Positions 31,111 through 40,000 of a stretch of DNA of 40,000 bases are shown here, piece by piece. The number at the start of each line of letters is the position of its first letter. Position 1 is the stretch's first letter. The translations under genes were made by a program, and so were the position numbers. The DNA comes from Staphylococcus aureus (lineage in GTDB: Bacteria; Bacillota; Bacilli; Staphylococcales; Staphylococcaceae): assembly GCA_040062795.1 (NCBI GenBank), contig JBEAMH010000001.1, forward strand, positions 289,597 through 329,596. Direction: 5' to 3'. The notes below the pieces were generated by a model, which was not told the DNA's origin, searched no databases, and saw nothing but the letters and a program-made list of their open reading frames with translations.

Positions 31111-31245
31111 TTATGTTTTTTGCTTGTCTTGCACGTTCACTTTATTTTCGATCTTTTCTTCAGTTGAGTTATCTACACTTAGTAATAATGCTCGAACTAT
31201 GAGTACACCAGTCGTCAAGAGAAGTAAATTTTTGAAAAATTTCAT
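31111..31245 (-). CDS. Small single-pass membrane protein (44 aa from ATG 31245; longer alternatives run up to 31302)
   Basis: MKFFKNLLLLTTGVLIVRALLLSVDNSTEEKIENKVNVQDKQKT, with a GAGTGA-like RBS before ATG 31245. The upstream TTG/ATG candidates lack an RBS. Confidence 0.4.
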   Translation of the reverse strand: MKFFKNLLLLTTGVLIVRALLLSVDNSTEEKIENKVNVQDKQKT

Positions 31246-31393
31246 AATTATCACTCGCCCATCTTTATTAAAAACAGTTAAAAATTTCATAGTTTTACTC
31301 AAAACTTAATATATCTTATGTTATTTATATCATACCCTTTATATCATGGTGTAACTGAACTTTTTACAGAGAAATAATAATTAAGTTATTAAT

Positions 31394-31642
31394 CTAAATA
31401 TCTATTATTGTAATTTGTGAACATGCCTCGTTAATTTCCATTTTTAATGATTCACTGTTATTTTCAACAGTTGTATTAATTACTTCGCCATTTTGTATAG
31501 TGAAATGAACTTGACTTAAAATGCACATCGCATAATCATTAATCGGACTAACTAAAGACATAGAATTAGAATCTTCTTGTATTACAAATTGTTTTTGACT
31601 TTGGTTATCAACTTTCCAATTGGGTAAGTACGTTAAGTTCAA
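31394..31642 (-). CDS. Hypothetical protein (82 aa)
   Basis: TTG start 6 nt after a strong AGGAGGT RBS. No TM segment and no recognisable motif. Confidence 0.55.
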   Translation of the reverse strand: MNLTYLPNWKVDNQSQKQFVIQEDSNSMSLVSPINDYAMCILSQVHFTIQNGEVINTTVENNSESLKMEINEACSQITIIDI

Positions 31643-31836
31643 AATTAAACCTCCTAATTTTTAGTTTTCAGAAATTATATTCTAATATTATTATAAACGA
31701 TATATTTGAAAATGTATCATATCAATCACCACACCAATTCTATCAACGAGAATAGTAAGTAAATTTAATTAATTTAGTTAAATTGTTAATTACAGGGAAT
31801 AGAGATATTGAATACATTGTTTATTGAGGTGATGTT

Positions 31837-32046
31837 ATGAATATATTAATAGTTATTATATTAAGTCTTATATTTGCGTTCTTAGGAACAATGCCGTTTT
31901 TATTTATAAATACAAGGTTACACGAAAATGTGAATCACTCAACTGATGAGGTTCGCCATGAAAAAATAAGAGCGTACAAACGTTTTATCTATTTTTTTAT
32001 ATTAGGTATTACTATGTTAACTATTTATCATTTTCTAACTGATTAA
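31837..32046 (+). CDS. Small membrane protein (69 aa, two TM)
   Basis: GAGGTGAT RBS. Two hydrophobic helices separated by a charged loop. Confidence 0.6.
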   Translation: MNILIVIILSLIFAFLGTMPFLFINTRLHENVNHSTDEVRHEKIRAYKRFIYFFILGITMLTIYHFLTD

Positions 32047-32160
32047 TTATAGTTACGGCTAATCTATAATAATAACATTTTGAATTATTAAAAAGCCCCC
32101 GATAACATCATGAACATAATCAGCGTTATATCTTTATTGACGTTTCAGGGGCTTTATAAT

Positions 32161-32343
32161 TTAGCTGAATACAAGTGAGTATAGTATGCCGACCGTACCT
32201 AAAACAATCAACATAAATGTAACACCGAGTAATGATTCTTTAGCTTGTTGGGAATTTTTAATTTTGTAGGTGATGAACGATGCAATACCACAGACTAGAA
32301 AAATTAAAGATAACCAAAATATAACAATGAAATGGAGACTCAA
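32161..32343 (-). CDS. Small membrane protein (60 aa, two TM)
   Basis: TTG start 9 nt after AAGGAGG. Shares the AAAGCCCC...GGGGCTTT inverted repeat (about 32092-32156) with the convergent gene. Confidence 0.55.
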   Translation of the reverse strand: MSLHFIVIFWLSLIFLVCGIASFITYKIKNSQQAKESLLGVTFMLIVLGTVGILYSLVFS

Positions 32344-32602
32344 AACACTATACCTCCTTTAATATTAAAACTTACAATATCTAAACCTTAAGACAAAGTT
32401 AAATAACCTTTGGTATTTAATATTTTAAATTTAATTTTATTATAACAACTTCATTTTATCACTAAACGTGTAACACCAATAGTGTAAATAATTATCCTAT
32501 ATTGGCTGGGGAACTTAAACTAAAGTATCCAAGTTTTAAAAGTTGAAAAATAGGAAACATAATACTATGGCATAGAATTGTAGTAACTTTAGAAAGAGCG
32601 GT

Positions 32603-33112
32603 GTGATATTGGAAAATATAGGTGTGAATTTAGAAGAAACTAAAGCCATCGTCGATAAATTGAAATCTCAAAATGTCTCGAATCATAAACAAAATTATGA
32701 AGAAACCGAAACCAAAATAATAGAACAAAAAGACACTATACGCAATTTGTTAATGCCAGAAAGTAATCAAGAAGAAGAACGCTTACATGCGATTGCAAGT
32801 AAGCTTAGTGCTCACATTCAAACAGGATTTGAAAAGTTTGATAATGTAGATGATGTCATTGCTTATTTAGAGCCAATATTTCAACGTGGTAAAGTAGATA
32901 AGTCATACGGACGCGCGTTAATACTGTTAGAAGAAAATGCATTAATTGAACAAGCAAAAGAACATTTCAAAAACTCAAAAGCAAGTATTAAATTATTGGA
33001 TTATATTTTAACTAAGCTAATAGAATTAAGTAAAGATATTATGCCAAAAGAGTATACTGAAGTTTTACAAATCGAAAAAACGTATTTCAAACTATTATAT
33101 AACTATAATTAA
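32603..33112 (+). CDS. Hypothetical cytoplasmic, predicted helical protein (169 aa)
   Basis: Long ORF. The start is ambiguous (GTG 32603 or TTG 32609). No recognisable motif. Confidence 0.6.
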   Translation: MILENIGVNLEETKAIVDKLKSQNVSNHKQNYEETETKIIEQKDTIRNLLMPESNQEEERLHAIASKLSAHIQTGFEKFDNVDDVIAYLEPIFQRGKVDKSYGRALILLEENALIEQAKEHFKNSKASIKLLDYILTKLIELSKDIMPKEYTEVLQIEKTYFKLLYNYN

Positions 33113-33152
33113 CGATATTTAATAGAAAATACAAAAGTAAGGAGATGTAGCA

Positions 33153-33359
33153 ATGAATGAAGTAAATAAAGTGATTTATATTGTATTAGCTGTATTTCTA
33201 GGAAGTTTTGGTATTCATAAATTCTACGCTAGAAAAACAGGTATGGGTTTATTATATTTAGTATTTTGTTGGACAAGCATACCTCAAATATTAGCCATTA
33301 TTGGTGCTATATTAACGTTATTAAAACCAGCTGATCAAAACGGTAATGTCTTAGTATAA
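33153..33359 (+). CDS. TM2-domain membrane protein
   Basis: 68 aa with VLAVFLGSFGIHKFYARKTGMGLLYLVF matching the TM2-domain signature (FLG.fG.H+FY). RBS is AAGGAG. Confidence 0.75.
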   Translation: MNEVNKVIYIVLAVFLGSFGIHKFYARKTGMGLLYLVFCWTSIPQILAIIGAILTLLKPADQNGNVLV

Positions 33360-33398
33360 TAAACATAAGAAAAAGATTTATAGTATATAGATTAAATT

Positions 33399-33443
33399 AA
33401 AAAGAGTTGTTAGCATAATTCAAAATGCTAACAACTCTTTTTG
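33399..33443 (+). terminator. Rho-independent terminator
   Basis: AAAGAGTTGTTAGCAT-loop-ATGCTAACAACTCTTT followed by TTT. Confidence 0.85.
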
Positions 33444-33720
33444 AAATGATATGAGATAAACTATAGCACTAATTTTTATAAGTGATTTGAATCTATAAAA
33501 TAAGAAAAATCTTTGGTTTCAAAAGTTAACATTAAATTTAAAAAACTTTATAAAGTTTACAATCCCAAATTAAATACAGTAATAACAACAAATTCTTAGA
33601 AATATTTAATAAATAAAAATAATCGTGGTAGACAAATATTTTTATTTTGATATGATTAGACAAAAGTACACAATGATTAACCACGTAACGATTAAAAAAT
33701 ATATAATCGAGGTAATGCTT

Positions 33721-33936
33721 ATGACATTTTATAATTTTGTAATTAGTTTTATAGAAGACGATACACCACTTGGGCAACTTGCTAATAAAATTAGGATAGA
33801 TAAAAATTTTCCTAAAGACGCAACGAGCTATAATGAATTAAATTCGTATTTTAATAGTAATTATTTTGATCATGAAACATTAGCATCTGCTAAAAGAGCA
33901 TTAAGCCTATATCTCAATAATATAAATATTGCTTAA
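33721..33936 (+). CDS. YozE-family (SAM-like, UPF0346) protein
   Basis: The start is moved to ATG 33721. The 71-aa sequence MTFYNFVISFIEDDTPLGQLANKIRIDKNFPKDATSYNELNSYF fits the YozE pattern (SFYqFv...g.LA..i..D..FPK). Confidence 0.7.
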   Translation: MTFYNFVISFIEDDTPLGQLANKIRIDKNFPKDATSYNELNSYFNSNYFDHETLASAKRALSLYLNNINIA

Positions 33937-33944
33937 CTATTAAC

Positions 33945-34181
33945 TTAAGATTTATAGTACCAATTCTGTTTCTGAAGTGCATCTTTAATGTCTTTCGTTT
34001 TAAAATTTATTTCGTTATTCCTAATAGAGAAGGGTTCTATTAAGTTTTGAGCCATCCAAGAGTTAATGAGTTCTTTAGGTAGCCCATCTAATTCCATATC
34101 ACTCTTACTAATGACGAAGCATTCCCAATCAAGTGAAACTTTTGAAGGATTAATATAATTACACTCTTCAAGTCGATTCAT
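33945..34181 (-). CDS. Hypothetical protein (78 aa)
   Basis: ATG 34181 lies 8 nt after an AAGGAG RBS. The track start at 34190 overlaps the RBS. Confidence 0.55.
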   Translation of the reverse strand: MNRLEECNYINPSKVSLDWECFVISKSDMELDGLPKELINSWMAQNLIEPFSIRNNEINFKTKDIKDALQKQNWYYKS

Positions 34182-34402
34182 AAAAAACACTCCTTAATAT
34201 TGTAAATCTGACGTTAAGTTTTACCCATATACTCTATATATGAAACGATAATTATAAAATAAATCAACATCAATTATATTTTGGGTCTATATAAATGCTT
34301 GTTATATAATAAATAAATCACATAAAAATTTTGTTTGCGTATGACGAGTGATATAAGATTTGCTCTTTCTTTTATATACCCAGTTTAAGTCATCTGGTAA
34401 TC

Positions 34403-34448
34403 AAAAAAGCAGGAAATTCTTTGTAATTAAAGAATTTCCTGCTTTTTT
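34403..34448. terminator. Bidirectional rho-independent terminator
   Basis: AAAAAAGCAGGAAATTCTTT-GTAATT-AAAGAATTTCCTGCTTTTTT. Confidence 0.85.
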
Positions 34449-34494
34449 ACAACTTTTCATATTTACTGGCTGAAATTATGCGTAAATAGAAGCC

Positions 34495-34761
34495 TTAAAT
34501 TACAACACCAACGATATATGTTTTCCATATCGGATAACTCATAAGGACTAATGAAAATATCGATACAAATATTGCAAATATATTTGCTACACGGTCACCT
34601 CGAATACAAGCGTATAAGTTAAAAAGCAAAACACCAAGGATAAACAGGGTGCCAGCAAGTATACCCATGTCACCTTCTATAACTTTATTAACTGCTAGTA
34701 ATGGCGTTGCTAGTGTAATTAATGATAAGAACAATGATATTAACGTTGTAGCATACTTCAA
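34495..34761 (-). CDS. Small membrane protein (88 aa, three TM)
   Basis: TTG start after AAAGGA. Hydrophobic throughout. Confidence 0.55.
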   Translation of the reverse strand: MKYATTLISLFLSLITLATPLLAVNKVIEGDMGILAGTLFILGVLLFNLYACIRGDRVANIFAIFVSIFSLVLMSYPIWKTYIVGVVI

Positions 34762-34929
34762 ATTCTTCAGTCCTTTCTCTAAATCAAGCTATCACTTAAT
34801 ATTGGTGATTGATTACTATTATAAGCAAGCTTTTAAAATTTAATGTAGCTTATTTGTTTATTGAAACATATAAGGTCATATGAATTATAAACTTAATATA
34901 ACACTAATTGATAAATAGATATCAATACA

Positions 34930-35466
34930 TTAATCAATTAATTCTAAATCATTACCGTTAAAGTAGTATATTAGCCAATGTTCATCTACATAATAATCAT
35001 CATATTTTCTAGCGTGTTCTTCTAAAAATAAAGTATCGAAGTTCAAGTTACTGAAAAACACTTTGCCACTAATATTGTTTGAAATAAGTGAGGTTAATAA
35101 TATTTCTATGTTCTTATCATGACATATTTTAAAAATTTGCTGCATCAGTAATTTAGCAATTGATTCTCGAACACATTCATTGTCACCTTTGATACACATA
35201 TTTTCTATGATTGCTTTATGAGAAAGACTATATTTTTGTTTATGAATTAATGTCACTACGCCAACTAATTCATTTTGTTCAAAGGCACCAAGTACAACAT
35301 AGTCTGTTGGATTTGAGGAAAATAATCTTTGTATATCTAATTCAGCCAAACATTTTTCATTTTGTAATTTCCAAGCAAGTACTTCTAGTTCTTTGTGAAT
35401 ACCCTTTAATAAAAAAGAGTGGTATGTAGACAAATCTTCATTTGTTAAGTAACGTATAGTTGTCAT
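34930..35466 (-). CDS. GNAT-family N-acetyltransferase
   Basis: The start is moved to ATG 35466 (AGGAGG RBS). 178 aa, consistent in overall pattern with a GNAT fold (VGVVTLIHK...AIIENMCIKGD...AKLLMQQIFKICHDKNIEILL). Confidence 0.6.
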   Translation of the reverse strand: MTTIRYLTNEDLSTYHSFLLKGIHKELEVLAWKLQNEKCLAELDIQRLFSSNPTDYVVLGAFEQNELVGVVTLIHKQKYSLSHKAIIENMCIKGDNECVRESIAKLLMQQIFKICHDKNIEILLTSLISNNISGKVFFSNLNFDTLFLEEHARKYDDYYVDEHWLIYYFNGNDLELID

Positions 35467-35739
35467 TGAATGCCTCCTAAACTTTGGGAAATATAGATAA
35501 TGCACCTTTGAAAAATAATTACACTAATTTGTTTATAATAATATAGTAAATAAAAACATTGAGCAACTCTATACTTAATATCTTTCAAAAATATAAAGTG
35601 ATTAAATTTTGTTCAATGAATAATTTTATCTATTTTAAAAAAATAAATTCCAATTAAAATTTGAATTAAAGTAATGAGAAATAAATTGATGTACTGTGGT
35701 ATAATATAGTTGATTACATATTTAATGGAGGCATGGATT

Positions 35740-35847
35740 TTGGGGGCTTTAATGATTATTATCGTTTCTCTCACAGTGCTTATCCTGATTTCTTTTTTAA
35801 TTTTAATTGTTTATTTCCTTGCTTTCTTTAAAGAGGATGACAATTAA
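35740..35847 (+). CDS. Very small hydrophobic peptide (35 aa from TTG, or 31 aa from ATG 35752)
   Basis: Extended -10 TGGTATAAT at 35697-35705. GGAGG RBS 8 nt before TTG 35740. Sequence is MGALMIIIVSLTVLILISFLILIVYFLAFFKEDDN, with a perfect palindromic hairpin downstream. Confidence 0.5.
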   Translation: MGALMIIIVSLTVLILISFLILIVYFLAFFKEDDN

Positions 35848-35911
35848 ATACCCATACAGAAAACATTAAAAGACATCAAGAATTGAGAGGGCAAAAGAAA
35901 GCATATGGTAT

Positions 35912-35953
35912 AAAAATAACCCCAATACTCTTTAAAGAGTATTGGGGTTAAAA
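35912..35953. terminator. Terminator (perfect palindromic hairpin) shared by ohr and the small peptide gene
   Basis: AACCCCAATACTCTTT/AAAGAGTATTGGGGTT. The U-rich tract is better on the minus strand. Confidence 0.8.
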
Positions 35954-35966
35954 TTTATATTATATA

Positions 35967-36392
35967 TTATTCAACTACTTCAACGTTTAAGTCAACGTCG
36001 ATGTTACCACTTGTAGCTTTTGAATATGGACAAAATTCATGCGCGTCTTGTAAATATTTTTCAGCGTCTTCTTGAGATAATACATTTTTAACTTTAGCAT
36101 CAATTGAAACACTGAGTTTTGGACTTTCTGCATCTGGATCATCTTCTAAACGAACTGTTAGAGTTACTTCAGGTTCAGCATCTCTTACTTTGTTTTGTTT
36201 TAAAATTAAATCAAATGCACCATTAAAGCATGAAGCGTAACCTGCTGCAAATAATTGCTCAGGGTTGGTACCTTTTTCAGCATCTGCTTGATCTGGTGGA
36301 ATAACCGCTACATCGATTGCTTTATCATCTGTTTGAACGTGTCCTTTACGGCCACCTGTATTTGTTGCTTTAGTTTCATAGTTTACTGCCAT
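35967..36392 (-). CDS. ohr: Organic hydroperoxide resistance protein (Ohr/OsmC family)
   Basis: 141 aa with two conserved Cys contexts (AAGYASCF and AHEFCPYS). RBS is AAGGAGG. Confidence 0.9.
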   Translation of the reverse strand: MAVNYETKATNTGGRKGHVQTDDKAIDVAVIPPDQADAEKGTNPEQLFAAGYASCFNGAFDLILKQNKVRDAEPEVTLTVRLEDDPDAESPKLSVSIDAKVKNVLSQEDAEKYLQDAHEFCPYSKATSGNIDVDLNVEVVE

Positions 36393-36668
36393 TTTATTAC
36401 CTCCTTAATGACTTATATTACTATTTACCCGAAGAATAAATTTTAAATCATATATAATTCATAATTTTTTTGAGTTTGAAGATTTATGTTAAAAGACGAA
36501 TTTTAAATGGAAATTTGAAGCACTATTCTGTCTATAAAGGTAAGTAGTATTTTTTATTATTGTAAAATGAAAAGAGCAACACGTTGATAATTATGAAGTA
36601 TTGATTTTTATATTTTCGAAAATTGTTATACAATTACATTTACCATAAATAATAAAGGAAGTAATAAA

Positions 36669-37388
36669 ATGACTGAAGTTGATATTGCTGTTACGATAGC
36701 ACCTAAAAAAAAGCTTTCACAATCTATTAAAGACGACTTAATCAAATTTCAAGATTCAATAGAAATTATTGAATTGAGAATAGACCAATGGTCAAAATTT
36801 GATTTAAGTCATATCTCACAAATTGTAGAAGATATTCATAATTTAAATTTAGGGAAAAAGTTACTTGTGACTTATCGAACATCTGCGCAAGGTGGAGAAG
36901 GTGTATTGACAGGTGAAGCATATATACATGCATTATCTGAATTATTAAAATTAAATTATATAGATTTAATAGATATTGAATATGAACCTAAAAATGTGCC
37001 CCAAGCATTGAGAGATTTAATCGGACAATTTCAGCAACGCCAAATTCAGGTAGTATTGTCTTATCACGATTTTAACAAGACACCAAAATTGGATGATTTA
37101 AAACATTTATATTTTAAAATGCATCAATTAACACCAGATTATTTAAAAGTCGCAGTTATGCCATCTAGTAAACAAGATGTGCTTAATTTATTAAGCGCCA
37201 TGTCAGATACTTCAGATTCTGTATCACAACAAGTGGTGGGAATAGCGATGTCTGATTTAGGAGTTATTTCAAGAACTGCACAAGGTGTATTTGGTGGGTC
37301 TGTAACGTATGGTTGCCTAGATTCTCCAAAAGCTCCAGGCCAAATTCATGTTGAAACTTTAAAGCAACAGTTAAAGTTCTATAAGTAA
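36669..37388 (+). CDS. aroD: 3-dehydroquinate dehydratase, type I
   Basis: 239 aa with ELRIDQW, TYRT..QGG, SYHDF and the active-site-Lys context YLKVAVMP. Confidence 0.88.
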   Translation: MTEVDIAVTIAPKKKLSQSIKDDLIKFQDSIEIIELRIDQWSKFDLSHISQIVEDIHNLNLGKKLLVTYRTSAQGGEGVLTGEAYIHALSELLKLNYIDLIDIEYEPKNVPQALRDLIGQFQQRQIQVVLSYHDFNKTPKLDDLKHLYFKMHQLTPDYLKVAVMPSSKQDVLNLLSAMSDTSDSVSQQVVGIAMSDLGVISRTAQGVFGGSVTYGCLDSPKAPGQIHVETLKQQLKFYK

Positions 37389-37453
37389 TTTGAAAATAAC
37401 ATTGTCCTATCATATAATTGAAAATAGTTATCAATAAGGAAAGGGCGATATTA

Positions 37454-37993
37454 ATGGAACTGCAAGAGGCTATAGCACAACGTCGAAGTATAAAAAAATT
37501 TAAAAGAGATATGAATATAGATGACAACGCTTTATATCAAGCAATTCAACAAGCCACAGACGCACCTAATCATGGGATGAGAGAGCCATGGCGTGTGGTC
37601 CATATTGCTAAAGATAGATTAGGTGATATGAGTAAGAAATTAACTGAAATTGCTTTTCCTAACTTACCGAAAAAGCAAGAGGATCATTACAATGTAGCAA
37701 CGAATCTTGGTGGGATGTTGGCACTTGTATTAAAGGAAGATCCTAGACAAAAAGAAAATTTAGAGAATTATATGGCTTTTGGGGCTTACACACAAAATTT
37801 AATGCTATTGCTACATGAAGCGGGGATTGGTACATGTTGGAAGACACCAGCTTACATTTTTACCCCTGAGATGCGCGAACTCTTTGGGGTGAAAGATGAC
37901 GAAAGTTTAGTAGGTTTTTTATATCTTACTGATTTAAAGGACAAGATACCTCATAGAGAACGAAATGTAAGTAATATTATAGACAAATTTTAA
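37454..37993 (+). CDS. Nitroreductase-family protein
   Basis: The start is moved to ATG 37454. 179 aa (MELQEAIAQRRSIKKF...APNHGMREPWR), an N-terminal signature typical of nitroreductases. Confidence 0.8.
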   Translation: MELQEAIAQRRSIKKFKRDMNIDDNALYQAIQQATDAPNHGMREPWRVVHIAKDRLGDMSKKLTEIAFPNLPKKQEDHYNVATNLGGMLALVLKEDPRQKENLENYMAFGAYTQNLMLLLHEAGIGTCWKTPAYIFTPEMRELFGVKDDESLVGFLYLTDLKDKIPHRERNVSNIIDKF

Positions 37994-38065
37994 ATGTCAT
38001 ATTTCAGCACAAATAAGTCATCCAATAAAAAGTCCGACTTCTAACACAAGTAAGGTATAGCACGT

Positions 38066-38101
38066 AAAAAACCAAATGTATTTAATACATTTGGTTTTTT
38101 T
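38066..38101 (+). terminator. Rho-independent terminator
   Basis: AAAAAACCAAATGTA-TTTAA-TACATTTGGTTTTTTT. Confidence 0.85.
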
Positions 38102-38302
38102 GCAAATATATTCTAATTTTGAAAAGCATTGATATGACTTAGATTCATCTTACAATAAGAAGTATCTTTTCTAAAATTAATAAGTTTTATTTGTACTTTC
38201 TCGGTCGTGTGACAATTTTTATTTCATATTACTTCACATTTAATATTTAGGAAAAATATTAATAGAAGACTTCGAGCTAAAGCAGAGTTCTCGAAAACTA
38301 TA

Positions 38303-38341
38303 TAAAAAACTACCAACAAAGTCGAAAGCATTGCTGGCAGT
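38303..38341 (-). terminator. Rho-independent terminator of the thioredoxin-like gene
   Basis: On the minus strand, ACTGCCAGCAA-loop-TTGTTGGTAGT (two G.U pairs) is followed by TTTTTT. Confidence 0.7.
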
Positions 38342-38391
38342 CTAAGTACTTCTCATAAACAAATAGGATTTTTACTGCGAAATCTTGTGTT

Positions 38392-38712
38392 TTATTTAAA
38401 TGTCTCTGCTAAAAATGATTCCACTTGTTCTGGAGATTTAGCATTTGCTGAATGTAAATGTGCTAATTTTTCTCCATTTTTAAATACTAATAAGCTTGGG
38501 ATACCCATCACATCATTATCAGTTGCAACGTCTTCTAATTCATCACGGTTTACTGTATACCATTGGTAATCATTATACTTTTCAGTGATTGGATCAATCC
38601 ACATGTCCATTACTTTACAGTCTGGGCACCATCCTGCTTCAAATTTAATAATAACTGGATTGTCACTTTGTATTGTTTCTTTAAAAGTATCTGTAGAATT
38701 TATTGGTTGCAT
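38392..38712 (-). CDS. Thioredoxin-family protein
   Basis: 106 aa with the WCPDC active-site motif. RBS is AAAGGAG. Confidence 0.85.
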   Translation of the reverse strand: MQPINSTDTFKETIQSDNPVIIKFEAGWCPDCKVMDMWIDPITEKYNDYQWYTVNRDELEDVATDNDVMGIPSLLVFKNGEKLAHLHSANAKSPEQVESFLAETFK

Positions 38713-38855
38713 AGTATATCTCCTTTATTTTAAATAATAGTAATCTTATTATAACCGACATTTAGAGGTTATAAAAAAAATCAGCTTGATATTAGGGGCA
38801 TTTTATTCTCAAATTTGATATATTAGTGATAACTAGACATAGGAGGTACAGCATA

Positions 38856-39209
38856 ATGATAAAATTTTACCAGTATCCTAATTGTACAACTTGTAAGAAA
38901 GCAGCTAAGTTCTTGCAAGAGTATGGAGTTAGCTTTGAACCTATTGACATTGTTCAGCATACGCCTACTAAAAATGAGTTTAAAAAAATTATAGAAGACA
39001 CTGAAATTGATGTAAATAAACTTTTTAACACTCATGGGGCGAAATATCGTGAGCTTGGTCTCAAGGACAAATTGAAAGACTTAACTTATGATGAAAAGTT
39101 AGATTTATTAGCTTCTAACGGAATGTTAGTTAAAAGACCGTTAGCTATTTTAGGAAATAAAATTACAGTAGGCTTCAAAGAAGAACAATATAAAGAAACT
39201 TGGTTATAA
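38856..39209 (+). CDS. ArsC/Spx-family protein (YffB/YusI-like)
   Basis: The start is moved to ATG 38856 (AGGAGG RBS). 117 aa (MIKFYQYPNCTTCKKAAKFL...LVKRPL). Confidence 0.8.
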   Translation: MIKFYQYPNCTTCKKAAKFLQEYGVSFEPIDIVQHTPTKNEFKKIIEDTEIDVNKLFNTHGAKYRELGLKDKLKDLTYDEKLDLLASNGMLVKRPLAILGNKITVGFKEEQYKETWL

Positions 39210-39381
39210 AATATTTTTGAAATATTATAATTCAAAAATGTAATTGAGAATAAGTCCCTGTAAACGCTTCATCTATTGATATGAAAACATCTTTTATTGT
39301 ATTTTATTAACGACAAATAGTTGCTTGAAAGCAGTTCATATGGCATTATTAGTATGTAAAATCATTTAGGAGGGGATTCTT

Positions 39382-39762
39382 GTGACAGTACCGAGTGAAT
39401 TTAAATATTCAAAAGAACATGAATGGGTTAAAGTAGAAGGCAATACAGTAACGATTGGTATTACTGAATATGCCCAAGGTGAATTAGGCGATATCGTATT
39501 CGTCGAATTACCAGAAGCTGATGATGACATTAACGAAGGGGAAACTTTTGGTAGTGTTGAATCGGTAAAAACAGTTTCAGAACTTTACGCACCTGTGACT
39601 GGGAAAGTTGTCGAGTCTAATGAAGAATTAGAGGATAGCCCAGAATTCGTAAATGAATCACCATACGAAAAAGCATGGATGGTAAAAGTTGAATTAAGTG
39701 ATTTAGACCAATTAGATGATTTATTATCAGCTGAACAATACTCAGAAATGATTGGTGAATAA
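39382..39762 (+). CDS. gcvH: Glycine cleavage system H protein
   Basis: 126 aa with a GTG start after AGGAGGGG. The lipoyl-lysine context is [13 protein letters not shown]. Confidence 0.93.
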   Translation: MTVPSEFKYSKEHEWVKVEGNTVTIGITEYAQGELGDIVFVELPEADDDINEGETFGSVESVKTVSELYAPVTGKVVESNEELEDSPEFVNESPYEKAWMVKVELSDLDQLDDLLSAEQYSEMIGE

Positions 39763-39776
39763 AAGAATAAACCGTG

Positions 39777-39809
39777 AACTCCATGATATTATTTATCTTG
39801 GAGTTTTTT
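39777..39809 (+). terminator. Rho-independent terminator after gcvH
   Basis: AACTCCA-loop-TGGAGTT followed by TTTTT. Confidence 0.7.
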
Positions 39810-40000
39810 ATTGTCCATAAGCTTATTTTGTATTGTATTTACACATGAACAATTGTTATAAAAATGTCGTGTGATAGGTTTTAAATTAAGAGTAAATATT
39901 TGAAAACTAAAAGTCTATAAATGACAAAAATAGTTTTCAATAATAAGATAGGATTAGGAATATGTAAATTATGTTTATAGACGCTAAGTATTGTGAAGAA

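Noticed and set aside
17930-35960. Search for a recognisable or novel multi-gene defence, secretion, bacteriocin or mobile system in the variable region
   Set aside because: No ORF encodes an ATPase, nuclease, methyltransferase, reverse transcriptase, recombinase, ABC transporter or precursor-peptide/modification-enzyme set. The larger genes are ordinary stand-alone enzymes separated by terminators, so I cannot support a claim of a coherent new system from sequence alone.
36634-36648. AATTGT-TAT-ACAATT inverted repeat, considered as a possible OhrR-type operator
   Set aside because: It lies just upstream of aroD, about 240 bp from the ohr start and on the far side of the likely ohr promoter. 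It resembles the OhrR box only partially, and no ohrR gene is in the window.
19029-38569. Shadow ORFs in the variable and distal core regions: 19029-19367, 20116-20379, 20870-21106, 22471-22725, 25914-26114, 27304-27492, 30058-30327, 31124-31309, 33538-33777, 34649-34843, 35211-35429, 36255-36446, 37264-37527, 38387-38569, and the 38823-39035 ORF that overlaps the ArsC-family gene
   Set aside because: Each overlaps a better-supported gene on the opposite strand or in another frame. The partner gene has an RBS, TM pattern or family motifs; these ORFs have none.

Overview
This window looks like a Staphylococcus chromosome segment, probably from a coagulase-negative species. The evidence is protein similarity to S. 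aureus ClpP, the glycolytic enzymes and tmRNA, plus the gene order.

Layout:
- Conserved core, 1-17.9 kb: a yitT-like gene, tRNA-Arg(CCG), clpP with a CtsR box, a TIGR01777-type epimerase, the cggR-gapA-pgk-tpiA-gpmI-eno glycolytic operon, then secG, est, rnr, smpB and ssrA (tmRNA).
- Variable region, about 17.9-35.9 kb: it starts directly 3' of ssrA and appears more AT-rich. It contains many very small genes, at least 11 of them predicted small membrane proteins. It also holds several decayed genes and a few ordinary accessory enzymes (CHAP hydrolase, PhzF-like isomerase, alpha/beta hydrolase, VOC protein, two GNAT acetyltransferases, a BASS/ACR3-type transporter).
- Core resumes at about 35.97 kb: ohr, aroD, a nitroreductase, a thioredoxin-like protein, an ArsC/Spx-family protein and gcvH.

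I found no CRISPR array, rRNA, transposase, integrase or large multi-domain ORF that would mark a recognisable defence or mobile system. No ORF in the variable region exceeds about 320 aa.

The items most worth follow-up are:
1. A pair of 36-nt direct repeats bracketing a 0.95-kb decayed cassette right after ssrA.
2. A promoter-to-terminator structured sRNA candidate of about 120 nt at 30.9 kb.
3. Two further sRNA or leader candidates, at 3.2 kb and 28.5 kb.
4. A tandemly duplicated 61/62-bp double-hairpin unit downstream of eno.
5. A 35-aa hydrophobic peptide gene with its own strong promoter, which resembles a type I toxin.
6. A pair of small paralogous genes, one of them frameshifted.

All family assignments rest on motif recognition by eye. 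No database search was run.
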